A DNA stretch of 64,000 nt. It comes from the human T2T-CHM13v2.0 reference genome, Homo sapiens. Location of the stretch: the NCBI RefSeq assembly GCF_009914755.1, contig NC_060925.1; one strand, written 5' to 3'. The notes under the pieces are model-generated. The model did no database searches. It was not told where the DNA came from and saw only the letters and a program-made list of their open reading frames with translations. Below are positions 1-11,651 of this stretch, in pieces (positions within the stretch are counted from its first letter, which is position 1; each line of letters begins with the position of its first letter). Both the position numbers and the translations under genes were made by a program.

Positions 1-1228
1 ACCTGATAGGTTTTCCATTATAGGTTACTTGGTGCTTTTATCTCACAGCTCGTAAGATTCTTTCCTTCATCTTAACTTATGTAACCTGATGACAATATGC
101 CTAGGTGATGATCTTTTTGTGATGAATTTCCCAGGTGTTCTTTGTGCTTCTTGTATTTGGATGTTCAGGTCTCTAGCAAGGCTGGGGAAGTTTTCCTCAT
201 TTATTCTTCCAAATATGTTTTCCAAATTTTAGATTTCTCTTCTTCCTCAGGAATATCAATTATTCTTAGTTTTGGTCATTTAACATAATCCCAGGCTTCT
301 TGGAGGCTTTGTTCATATTTTCTTATTTAAATGTTGTGCTCTTTGTTGGATTGGGTTAATTCAAAGACCTTATCTTTAGCTCTGAATTTCTTTCTTCTAT
401 TTGTTCAATTCTATTGCTGAGACTTTCCAGAGCATTTTGCATTTCCATGTGTGTCCGGTGTTTCCTGAAGTTTTGATTATCTTATTTATGTTATTGATTT
501 CCCGGAATATGTCTCCCTTCACTTCTTCTATCAGTTTTTGGACTGCCTTGCGTTGGACTTTGCCTTTCTCTGGTACATCCCTAATTAGCTCAATAACTAA
601 CCTCCTGAATTCCTTTTCAGGTAAATCAGGTATTTCTTCTTGGTTTGGATCCATTGCTGGTACTGGAGGTTGTCTTCACAGAGTCTTGTGATGTGAAGTG
701 AAGTGCCTATGGTTCTCTCAGCCATGGATATCAGCACCTGTTCCAGTGGAGGTGTCAGGGGGTGAAATGGACTCTGTGAGGTGTCTTAGCTTTGGTGGCT
801 TAATATTCTATTTTTGTACTGGTTGGCCTCCTGCTGGGATGTGGGACTTTCTGGAGAGCATTGGCCATGGTAGTATGGAGAGGAACTGGTGGTAGGTGGG
901 ACCCTAGAACTCCCAAGAGTTTATGCCCTTTGTCTTCAGCTACCAGGGTGGATAGGGAAGGCCCAACAGGTGGGGGCAGGGCTATTCCTGTCTGAGCTCA
1001 TACTCTCCTTGGGCAGATCTTGCTGCTGCTGAGTATTTGGGGGTATCTCCTGGGTCCTGCAGGAGCAGTCTGCTTCCTTCAGAGGGTCTGTGTGTCCTCT
1101 TGGGATTCCTGGTTTTTTCTGGCAACTGTTCTGGAGCTAAAATTCACAGTGCAAACCTCTGCACGCTGCTCTGTCTGTCTGAGTAGGAGCTGCAATCTAG
1201 TCCTGCCTCCAGTCTGCCATGATGACCC
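1..1228 (-). mobile_element. LINE-1 5' portion (L1PB/L1PA15-16-like): 5'UTR and degenerate ORF1, continues off the left edge
   Basis: Minus-strand ORF 397-654 MDPNQEEIPDLPEKEFRRLVIELI matches the ORF1p N-terminus of old primate L1. GC-richer 5'UTR at ~660-1228. Abrupt junction at ~660 suggests an internal 5'UTR deletion. Confidence 0.9.
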
Positions 1229-1249
1229 ATGATGACCTATCTCCCTGAA

Positions 1250-1333
1250 CGATCTGCATGTCTCATTGTTTCGCATTTGATTCTGATGCTGGTGGTCCTA
1301 CCCAGAAAACATACTGAAAGGATCATTGCTCTA
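1250..1333. mobile_element. MER5A-like hAT MITE fragment
   Basis: atctgcat...tgattctgatgctggtggtcc...cattgctcta resembles the MER5 terminus. Confidence 0.5.
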
Positions 1334-2000
1334 ACCATCACTAAAATTGCAGGCCATTATGGTGGCACAGTAAAAGGAGTAGCATTAAAAATTGAAGAAG
1401 TTTGACTAACCCAAATGTGTATTAACTATCCACACACTTCAGCCACTTAAGTTTTACCAGTAAACTCACTTCAATTTAGTATAATTATTTCCACTTTCAG
1501 ATTTCTCACAATAGCTATAAAATGACAAATTTCACGACTAGAAAAAGGAAACAGAGTTGATAGCCTTTTCTAACACTGATATGTAGACCCTTGAGGTGTT
1601 TTTATATTAAAATAGTGATAAAAGCCCTACTCTTATTACTATAAATTATGGATAAATTAACATCCATATTCATTTATATTTAAGCAAGTTAGAACTAGGT
1701 CTACCTGAAGACCTGAAAATATTTTATTTTAATAACTGGCCATCATAATTTTTTGATATGTTTTAAATAGAAGTGGTGCTTTTTAATTTGGACTTTAGCA
1801 TAATATAGACATGTTGAATTTATGCATTTTAAATTATATACTTAGTAATAAAGATTTTGGTTACTGAAAGTTACTCCAAAAATGAGTTAAGATACTTATA
1901 AAGGTGTTTGAAAAATAAGTCTTGGTTGCCTTTTATATACAAATTCACATAAATTACCAAAAATTTAAATGTAAGACATTTCTGTTTATATTTTAAAAGC

Positions 2001-2348
2001 ATCTTAGTTCAAGCTGGTATAACAAAGTACCATACACTGGGTGGCTTATGAACAACAGAAAGTTGTTGCTTCAGAATTCTGGAAGATTAAAGTCCAAGAT
2101 CAAGATATGAAAGTGATAGGGTTCTTGTGACAGACTTCTTTGGAGTAGGATACTCTTGTATCTTTACATGGTAGAAAGAGGGAAAGTGACTTCTCTATGT
2201 CCCTTTTATAAGGGTATTAATCCCATTCATGATGTCTCCACCTCCATGACCTAAATTTCTCTCAAAGACCTCACCTCCTAGTATCATTGCATTGAAAGCA
2301 AGGATTTCAACAGATTAATTTTGAGGAGACACAGTTAGTACATAACAG
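2001..2348 (-). mobile_element. MaLR solo LTR (MLT1A/MST-like)
   Basis: ataacaaagtaccatacactgggtggcttatgaacaacagaa...agtccaagatcaag...taatcccattcatga are typical MLT1A motifs. Confidence 0.8.
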
Positions 2349-3027
2349 AGTGCAAATGGATATTTACCAATAATTAAATAAGTAATAGTAAAATAATATT
2401 TCTCTATAAAAATGTAGCAGTCTTAATGAGTATTGTTAAGCTTAAATAGAAGTTTCCATAAGAATTGGATATAACACATTGATTAATATGAATGTATGAA
2501 TATAGATCAATTCACATGAGTTCAATATAAATAAAATTAATGTTATAGTTATCATTTTGTGATGTTGATAATGCAGGTCGCATTTGAAGCTAATTTCTTC
2601 CTTCATATATTCTTCTGGAGTCTAGGTCCTGATATGGTAGCATACACCCAATAATTGCTTTTTCTTCAATCTCAGTTCAAGGCCAGAGGCATTTAGAACT
2701 CTAAATATCAGGTAGCACTTTTATGTTAACATGTGCAACCATTAAAAAGTGTGAAGAGTTTTCTTAGTCCATACACAAGAAAGAGATTGCTAACAGTGTA
2801 AGGGACCAGACCAAAAAGGTGCAGACCCAGAGGTGTTATCTAAACCAGTCGTCTCCAACCTTTTTGGCACCAGGAAACAGTGTCATGGAAGACAATGTTT
2901 CCATGGACCAGGGGGATGGGGGTGGGGTATGGTTTGGGGATGATACCAGTGCATTACATTTATTGTGGACTTTATTTCTAATTGTAATATATAATGAAAT
3001 AGTTATACAACTCACCATAATGTAGAA

Positions 3028-5240
3028 TCAATGGGGGCCCTGAGCTTGTTTTCCTGCAACTAGACAGTCCCATCTGGGGGTGGTGGGAGACGGTGACACC
3101 CAAAGTGTGTTGCTTATGTCCAGTCTACTCTGTAATCTTGTTTTGGTTGCTGTCACTGCAGAAAACGCTGCTTCACAAAAATAGGATATTGGAAATGGAA
3201 GCAGACTTTTCGGTACTTTTGTGGCAATCTCAGGATAGTCTGCCTCAACTTTAATCCAGAACATATGGAGATTCAAATATACTTTGAAGTCCACCTCATT
3301 TGCAATCTCAAGCAGCTGATCCTCTTCCAGCACTGACAAAGTGGATTCACCTGGCTTATTCACAAATGGGTCGCAGATCCATTCCTTCCCAGTTTGTGGG
3401 TGTTTTGTGGTTAAGAAGTAATGCTCAAACTCTTGAAAGCTGAGATAGTTGATCATGCACCAGCTGGGAGAAAGAAGGCCCTGGCTCAGTCTCTTTCAAA
3501 ATCTCTGCTAATGTTTGAAACACATTAAAAAAATGTTCACTCATCACCACTATAATTTCATTTTGGCTGTGAATGCAGCCACTTTATCTACCACCTTGAG
3601 CAGAGTTGTCTTTCTCCCCTGAAGTGACAGATTGTGTTCGTTGAGCAGTTTGAATATGTCACACAAGTGAGCAAGTTTTGTGACCCATTTTGTATCACTG
3701 AAATGTGCTGCCAGTGGTGACTGTTTTTCTAAAAGAAATCTCTGGAGTGGCTCTCATAACTTAAAAACTCTGGCCAATGATTGACCTTTAGAAAGCCATC
3801 TCACCATCTCACATCTGTGTATAAGAGATGTGCGTACACTGCATGCATCTCTTCAGAGAGCTGCATGAACAGACTTGAGTTAAGGGCATGTACTTTAATA
3901 TGGTTGATAATTTTAATCATATGCTGCCAAATGCTGTTAAGTTCAGGTGACTTTTTTTTTCAGCTAGTTAGCATTTTTCTATGGAACATCCAGTGCGTTC
4001 AGAAGTGACCTCTTTGACCCAAGTAGTGAAACTAGAAAGCCATCCAGTCATGGCAGCTGCTCCATCCATGCATATACTGACACAAATTGTCCAAGTCAGT
4101 TTTCCTGATATGTAATCATTCAAAGACTTGAATAGTTCTGCATTTGTGGCGTTGGTTGGCAATAGAAGTGCACATAATATATCCTTATGCACATCCTTCT
4201 GAAAAATATATTACACAAAAACAAGCATCGTTTCCTTGTTGTCAACATTGGTAGGCTCCTCAACCTGGATTGTGTACCACAGTGACTCATTAATCCTCTC
4301 TAAAAATTGTGACTCAATATCCTCTGATATTTCATCAATTCATCTAGTTATGGTGCTAATGAAGACTAGCACATGCCACATTTTGAACTGCAGCCCCTCC
4401 TAAAAGTTAACAACAAATGTGCTTATCAGCAGGCAGGAACAACTCTTCACCAATAGTAAAGGGCTTCTTAGCTTTAGCTTCTGCTCTCTCCCTTCTCAGC
4501 ACCCCCACCACCCAGCTCAGGATAATGAAAACTCCACTGTGATTGAGTGTGGCCAAAAAGATTGGACTCTTTTTTTCCTTCTCCCTAACTCATAGTAAAG
4601 GCCTAAGGTATCTTCTTTTGAGGAGAAAACTGCCAGACTTTTTTTTATCCCCCCACCAGCTCTGGGCAGCAGAAGCTGAATTCCAGAAGACTATCGTCAA
4701 CTAAGAGGTTGGAAATTCCCTTTCTTCACTCAGTCACCTTTTATAGGTCATTGGCTCTACTTAAGGTGCAGCTAGCTAAAAACACAGAGGTCCTGATCAC
4801 ACATGTCCCAGATTACCAAGAAGACCAGATCCTACCAACACTGGCCTTAGTCACTAAGAATGATGCTCTCAGTGCAGACACATTTGATGAAGTGGTGACT
4901 TTCAATAATTGCTTCTGTTCTTTGTCTTCATACTTTTTTTCTTTTGAAAGTCTCTAAAGGCTTGTTTTTCAATCCAGGGTGCTTGGTCTCCATGCGGCAA
5001 GGCAATTTTGAAGGTTTCATGGCTTTGTTGGCTAGCTGGTCACCATATATTATACAGAGCCATCTTGGAGAATGAATCACCTGTTGCAATGGACCTGCAA
5101 TTTAAGTGGGACTCTTGGTACTTTCTTTTAAATGCAGTTTTGTTTTTGTTGGCAGTCTTAGAGTCTTCTACTATCTCAAAATTGGGTCTTTCCCCCTTTT
5201 TGAAGAAACTATCCAGTGTGGTATTTGTTTATTACTCACT
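3028..5240 (-). pseudogene. Decayed Charlie/Buster-type hAT transposase (ZBED5/SCAND3-like family)
   Basis: ORF 3028-3456 has the hAT C-terminal motif FWIKVEADYPEIA..LLPFPISYFCEAAFS. ORF 3968-4192 has CVSICMDGAAAMTG. Hand translation gives SALRASFLV / AKAKKPFTIGEEL either side of the 4479-4846 insert. Multiple stops and frameshifts. Confidence 0.88.
4479..4846 (+). repeat. Dispersed direct copy (~80% identity) of 6810-7166, inserted in the transposase
   Basis: Hand alignment gives about 71 differences over ~360 bp. Shared blocks include gtatcttcttttgagg, cagaagactatcgtca and gaggtcctgatcac. Confidence 0.92.
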
Positions 5241-6639
5241 GTGGCTAGGGTTAGCTTGTGGGTTTACCAAAACTGTGACTGAGACAAGTGCACAGTGTGG
5301 GAAAGAGGCATAGATGGAAGTGGTAAATAAAACTATGGGCAGGCCACGCATGGACTAAAATGTGCCAGATTCTGACTTAAAGCCTGCCACAAGATGCAGC
5401 TTAATTTTCACTTACCACTCACTAATAGGGTTTTGATATGAATATGCAAGCAATTGATTTATTATGGTCTCTGTGCAGTCAATGTTAATCTGTCTCTGTG
5501 CTAATGTTAGTCTGTATTTACAGCTGCTACCCAACACTAGCATCACTGCCTCAGCTTCGCCCAGATCATCAGGCATTAGATTCTCATAAGGAGCACACAA
5601 CAGAAATCCCTTGCATGTGCAGTTCACAATAGGGTTCACGCTCCTATGAGAATTCAATTCCACTGCTGATCTGACAGGAGGAGGAGCTCAGTCATTAATG
5701 CAGTAATGTGAGCAATGGGAAGTGGCTGTAAATACTGATGAAGCTTCTCGTGCTTACCAGCTAATTACCTCCTGCTGTGTGGGCTGGTTCCTAACACGTC
5801 ACGAACTGGTCCATGGCCTAGGTGTTTGTGACTTGTGGTCGACACCCTGCTCTAGGGAAAATTTGAAAGGTCATTTTATTGGGACCAATATTTTTCAGGG
5901 AACGAAGGGGAGGGTAAAACTATTAGCGCATGCCCTCAGAACTAAGGATTAAAGAAAAAAATTTGCTTCCATTTTCCAATAACTTTTATATTTTTTAAAC
6001 AATATATATATTGATTTTGAGATACTTGTAACTCCAAAGATACTAATGACTCTAACTAAATTGGATTTGGTGCTAGTCATAGCTTTGAGTAATATGAGAT
6101 ATATTTGCTAGTATATGTTTGAGAGTCCATGACCCTAGGCAGGTCTGAGTTATGTTCAATACAAAGAAGTGAATGATATTTTAGCAGTCATGAGAAAATT
6201 TTTAAATAATTTTTATTAAAATAGTAGTACTTAATATTTAATATTTTCTTTGCAATATTTTGTCAGCATAAATATTAATCTTTAACATAAATTAAAAAGT
6301 GTAAATATTAATCTTTAATGTAATAGAAACATAATCTTTAACATAATAGAAAAATATGGAATTATCACAGAATAAGCATTTTTCTTATAACTGAGATCAA
6401 TAATTATAATTTGATTTTCAGCAGCAACTATTTAAATGTTTTAATGTTAGAAAGCTTTTTTGGTACATTGAGTTTATGACAAATATATGAACTATCAGCT
6501 TATTGCAGATGTATGAGGATATATTTTATAGAAATTAAAAATTGAAAGCATTAAGCAAATATTTTTATTGTATAAGATCTTAAATAGACTTAGTAATTAA
6601 AAATAATTAGAGAAAGGTGAGTGACTTGTTACGTGGTAT

Positions 6640-7810
6640 GAGGAGACAAACTTCTCAGCAAACAACCATAAATGATGAAAATTGTTTTAAAAACAAAACA
6701 TCTCCAGAAAAATTCCTAAAGGCATACAGCAAAGGAATAAACAGCTATTCAAGAAAATCTGCTATATATTGGCAAGAACATCAAAGGTCAGTGGGACATG
6801 TGCCTGCATCTGCTCTCTCCCTTCTCAAAGCCCCTACCTCCCAGCCCGGGGTATGGAAGCTCCACTGTGGTTGAGTGTGGCCAAGCAGATTGGAATATTT
6901 TTTCCTTCCTGCCATCTCATAGTAAAGGTCTACAGTATCTTCTTTTGAGGGGGACATTACCAGCATTTTTTATCCCGCCACCAGCTCTGGATGGGAAAGG
7001 CTGAACTTCAGAAGACTATCGTCAGCCAAGAGATTGGGAATTCCCTTCATTCTCCCAGCCACCTTTCATAGGTCAGAGGCTCTCCCCAGGGTGCAGCCAG
7101 CTAAAAACATGGAGGTCCTGATCACCCTCGTTCCAGATCATCAAGAATACCAGAGACTACCAACACCCTGCACTCTCAGAAAAGCAGGTTGCTGTCTTCT
7201 CCACTCGAGGCTGATCAGTGGTAAATAGAGCTTGACCAGGGAAAGGCACATACCATATTAAAATAGAGTGATAAACCCCTCCTCAAGGGAACTGACTTTA
7301 TTTTGAACAAAGTGTAGAGAAGTTCAAGCTTAAGGGCACTCTCAAAAAGAATGGAGATTTAATGGTAAGCAATGAAGATAAGGCCAGAAGCTTCATCACA
7401 GCAGCAACTTATAGTCAGTTACTTTGCTTCTTTACTATTTGCTAGAGTGAATCAGGAAATTAGACATTTAGGAAGACATTTTATGAAGCAAAAACAAAAC
7501 AAAGTAAAAACTTAAACCCTGGCTTCAACATAATCAGGTAAAGAGACAGAGAACCTTTTAAAAGCCACTATCATTTTTTTAAAAGACATATAAATTATAT
7601 AAAGTAATAATCATAATAATTTATTGAGTTTGGATCTTACAAACACTTAAGATGCATAATAATAATGGTACACAAAATGAAAGGAAAGAGAAATATTTGA
7701 GTAATATTTTGATATCTCACTGGAATTAAATTAATTTAAATCTGAGATAGCTTCTGATAAATTGAAATGCATAAGATAAACCCTAGAGCAACTACTAGGA
7801 ATAAGAAAAT
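6640..7810 (+). mobile_element. Old L1M (L1MC/MD-like) 5' region plus a downstream internal fragment
   Basis: cctaaaggcatacagcaaag...attcaagaaaatctgcta and aaaccctagagcaactact are L1M motifs. Confidence 0.65.
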
Positions 7811-7880
7811 TATACATATATATATATGAAATTTTCATATACATTTATTATATATATTATATATATATAATACATATATA
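7811..7880. repeat. (TA)n-like low-complexity tract
   Basis: tatacatatatatatatg...tatatattatatatatataatacatatata. Confidence 0.85.
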
Positions 7881-8429
7881 CAATGCGGGAAAGAGACAAT
7901 TAGTTAATTCAGGTGGAGAAAGAAAAGAACGAGTTTGTCGAGAAGTGTCCCATACTGGTAGATGAAATCTATTGTCATATTGAAGCTTTTGTTTTTAGTA
8001 GAGGGTCCATTAATTTTTATTACAATATTAAATAAAAGAAATTAATTAGATGACAAAACTGGACTACTAAAAAGCCAACAAGAAAGTGTGTCATGAATGA
8101 AAAACACTAAATAGATATATGTATCTGAAGTTTCCTTAAACTAATAAAATAAGATAAATAATGGTAAAAGTAAATAAAATCAACTTATAATTTTATATTA
8201 AATTCAGTTTTCTTTGATAGTTTTGTCTCTCCCTCTCCACACACCCACTTGTCTTTCTCTCTGCATATAATAGCAATAAGTAAAAAATTCTATGCTTACA
8301 TTGTACCAATAAAAATATATAAACCTTATAACTACAATAATAAATGAATTAGAAATCTACTTTGACAATTTGTTTCTGACCTTTCTGTTTGTACTGCCTA
8401 TATATTTTACTAAATATATTCTTTTCTAC

Positions 8430-8680
8430 TTTTAATATTTATAGTTTAATATGAATTTATTTAATATTAATATTAATATATTTTATATATTGAATACCAA
8501 CATATTTGATATTAATTAATAATTTCAATTAATTATTAATAATTAAAATTACATTAAATTTAATAATTAATTTAATTTAATTTAAAATTTACTTGTAATA
8601 TTAATTATTTTATAAATTAGTCAATTTAGAATATTAATTACATGATTTAAGTAGTAATTAATTATGATTAAATATTATAC
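8430..8680. repeat. Extremely AT-rich low-complexity region
   Basis: Nearly all A/T, with repeated ATTAAT and TTAATTAA units. Confidence 0.85.
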
Positions 8681-11370
8681 CATAAGTAGTAAAAACAATA
8701 CTCAAGAAAGAAATGCTACATAATGACCAACTAAATGGGCATGATTATTTTAATATTTAGTGTACATATGAAATATAGATTATTTCTACTTAAACACTAC
8801 TGTGAATAATTTGTCTGAATTTTGGATACTTTTTCTAAAGTATATTTTTATAAATATCTATTATGACAAAGAAAAAATATATTTAAAATACTCCTAGTAA
8901 TAAAATTTCATATAAGGTTGTTTTTAAAATCTATAATTAGAGTGTAATTTAACAACCACATTGAGCTGAAATATCTCATGATTTTTTCTTGCAAATTTGC
9001 TATCTTGAGATCAATTTATTCATTTTCAATAAGTACAAAATGGCCGTGCTTTCTTTCAGCATAGGAAAAATTAGTTGTTTTTTAGGTTGCACAACAGAGA
9101 CTATGGTTGTCTGCATTAATGCCATATGTGTTATAAAAACTACGTGTCTTAAATTAACTACATATCAGAGACAGGCACCAAAATTAGAAGAGATAAAGGA
9201 GAAAAATAAAATCATATTTGACATTCCAGTCTAAAGCATAAACTTCTTAGGAGGTATGAAAATAGAACTATTATAATTGTTTTCATAAAGACTAAATAAA
9301 TTATTATATATAAAATTCTGAGAATTAAGGCATTGGCCTGAATCATTGTGTGAATTTCATAACATTGTGTTATAAATTATGAAATTATTATTTATAAAAA
9401 TTAATGAAAGGACAGTTTAACAGAGTGATGCCTTGCCTGCATATTGCAAGTGGAAAAGCAAAATAATGCAATACTTTGTTGTTTATACTGAAATAATAGA
9501 TACAATATAATTTATGTATATTGATAATAATGTGATAGAGGCTCAAATAAAAGTCTTTTATCTTTCACCTAAGATAATACATTTTTAGCCAGTTTTCCTA
9601 TTTCACTTTGATCTGAGAGTCATTATTTATAGCTTCCCAGCCGGAAGCAGTAAGAAAGCAAAACCTAACCAAACAAAATCTTTGTGTATGATTTTCCTTT
9701 TTTTCCTGGATCCTATGTCACTTATCATACATATAAAGATTTTGTTTTCTCTTTGTGTGGAACATTCTCCTCTGCCTCCTGATTAAAAACCCTAATGTTC
9801 CATTTTCTAAATGACATATTTTCTTTATCATATATAAACCGGGTTCATATGGTATTTTCCTCCCAATGTTTATTGTGTTCTGCAGTATGGTATCATTTTT
9901 TCTGTTTTAGAATTATTATCCAATAATTTTTAAATGTGAAATTCATCTTACCAACTAGCTTTTGGTAACTAAATTTAAAATTTTCTCACCAAAATTAGTC
10001 ATCAGATGCTGTTCCAAATACTACAAATAGGTAAAATAGTATTGAGCTCCATTACTATATGAAAAAATTCAAAATTGGTGGTTAAGTGACAAAGTCAGTG
10101 TTAGAAACCATATATCTTTACTCTTAATCTATACTTTCTTACACAGTAATACACAGCATCTGTTACAAAACTTTTCAGTGAAATGAAACAACATAGAACG
10201 TCTATTGTATATACATTTTGAAAAGTAGTTAGAAATCTTGTATATCGCCATTTCTTGATTCAATCATGACAATCACGACAATAAACTAAAACTAGTTTCA
10301 ATTGGTAGTTCTCTACTCAAACCCTAAAATATATATGAGAATTGACTTGATATTGCAGATTAATGTTAAATGCAAAATTCAAAAACAACAAGGTTAGCAG
10401 GGAGATTTTCCCACCAAAATTTTTAAAAATTTTTTCACTCGCCTAAAATTACAATCTTGCCAATTATCAAACTATTTCAAACTAATGATTCCTTCAAGAT
10501 GTTAAACATAATAATTTCAATGTGTGTATAATTTTATTTTTTATAAAATGTATGATCTACTCATTTAAACACAATGAAAATAGTATTTATTCAATAAATG
10601 TTTATTGAGCATCTTCTATATGTAATTTTATGGTCTGAGTCAACAAAGTGCTCACAATCCATAGTATTAAAGTCACATGTACACATGGCTAAGTATTCAT
10701 ACCTAATTTTTCCTAGATAGGTTTTGACATAAATGGAAGACTATTCCAGAAGGCAGAAAACCATGAGATACCTGCAATCAAGGCGATAGGCGAGATTTTT
10801 AATTGTGTAATTCAAATAAACAAAAACTAACCAACAAGATAGAGGAAGGTAATACATTCATATGAAATGTCAAAATTTTTAAAAATTATTCTTATTTCAA
10901 GTAATATATAGTCTGTTGCCCTCTCAACAGATCTGCATGCTCCACTATCTACTCTTTGAAAAATTCATTACCATAAAGAAGTTAAAAATAACATATAAAG
11001 TATATGAAACATAATTGATTTTGGCCCACCTGTTCATAGGACTTTAGGACATGCTGTTATTTGCTAAATGAGATGGAAAAGAAAGTATATTATGCTAATA
11101 TACAAGAAGATATACTTGTGACATGTTTTGCATGTAAAGTGTGTCCAAAAAATAAAACTACTACTGCATTTGTAATTAAACTTTTGTCAGTCTTCGGACC
11201 ACTTAAGTCTGAATCAATCTTATCGATATGCAAATTGCCGCAGATGGTCCTCAATTTATTTTCTATTACCAGAAGCATCATCATATTACAATATTTTGAA
11301 TTATTTGCTAAGTGAGCCATGGAGATTGAACCTGGTTTCTCACTCACATTAACCATATCTGCTTTCTCTT

Positions 11371-11651
11371 CTTTTTTTAAATTTTATTTTGTAACAGGGT
11401 CTCACTTTGTTGCCCAGACTGGAATGCAGTGGCATGATCGTGGCTCACTGCTCCCTTGACCTTTTTTCACTCAATTGTAGCTGGAACTATAGGAACCTGC
11501 CATCACACCCAGCTAATTTCTTTATTTATTTCATAGAGATGGGGTGTCACCATGCTGCCCAGGCTTGTTGCGAACTCCTGGGCTCAAGCAATCCTCTTGC
11601 CATGACCACTGAGGATGCTTGGATTACAGACTGGAACCACTGTGCCTGGCC
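11371..11651 (-). mobile_element. AluJ-like element with an internal deletion
   Basis: acagggtctcactttgttgcccag...ctcctgggctcaagcaatcctc...tgtgcctggcc. Heavily diverged. Confidence 0.9.

Larger units (their letters stand above)
2846..5849 (-). mobile_element. Charlie3 (autonomous parent of MER1) hAT DNA transposon, near full length
   Basis: Left end cagtcgtctccaacctttttggcaccagg...tggaagacaat is a MER1-type terminus. MER1-type sequence at 5440-5849. Internal hAT transposase remnants. Right end ambiguous (5837 or 5849). Confidence 0.85.

Noticed and set aside
3028-4192. ORFs resembling the domesticated transposases ZBED5/SCAND3
   Set aside because: Fragmented by stops, frameshifts and a ~370-bp insertion, and flanked by MER1-type termini. 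It is a dead transposon, not a host gene.
4709-7228. Two similar short ORFs (4709-4957 and 7034-7228) suggesting a paralogous gene pair
   Set aside because: The similarity comes from a duplicated L1 5' region. Both have non-ATG starts and diverge exactly at the duplication boundary.
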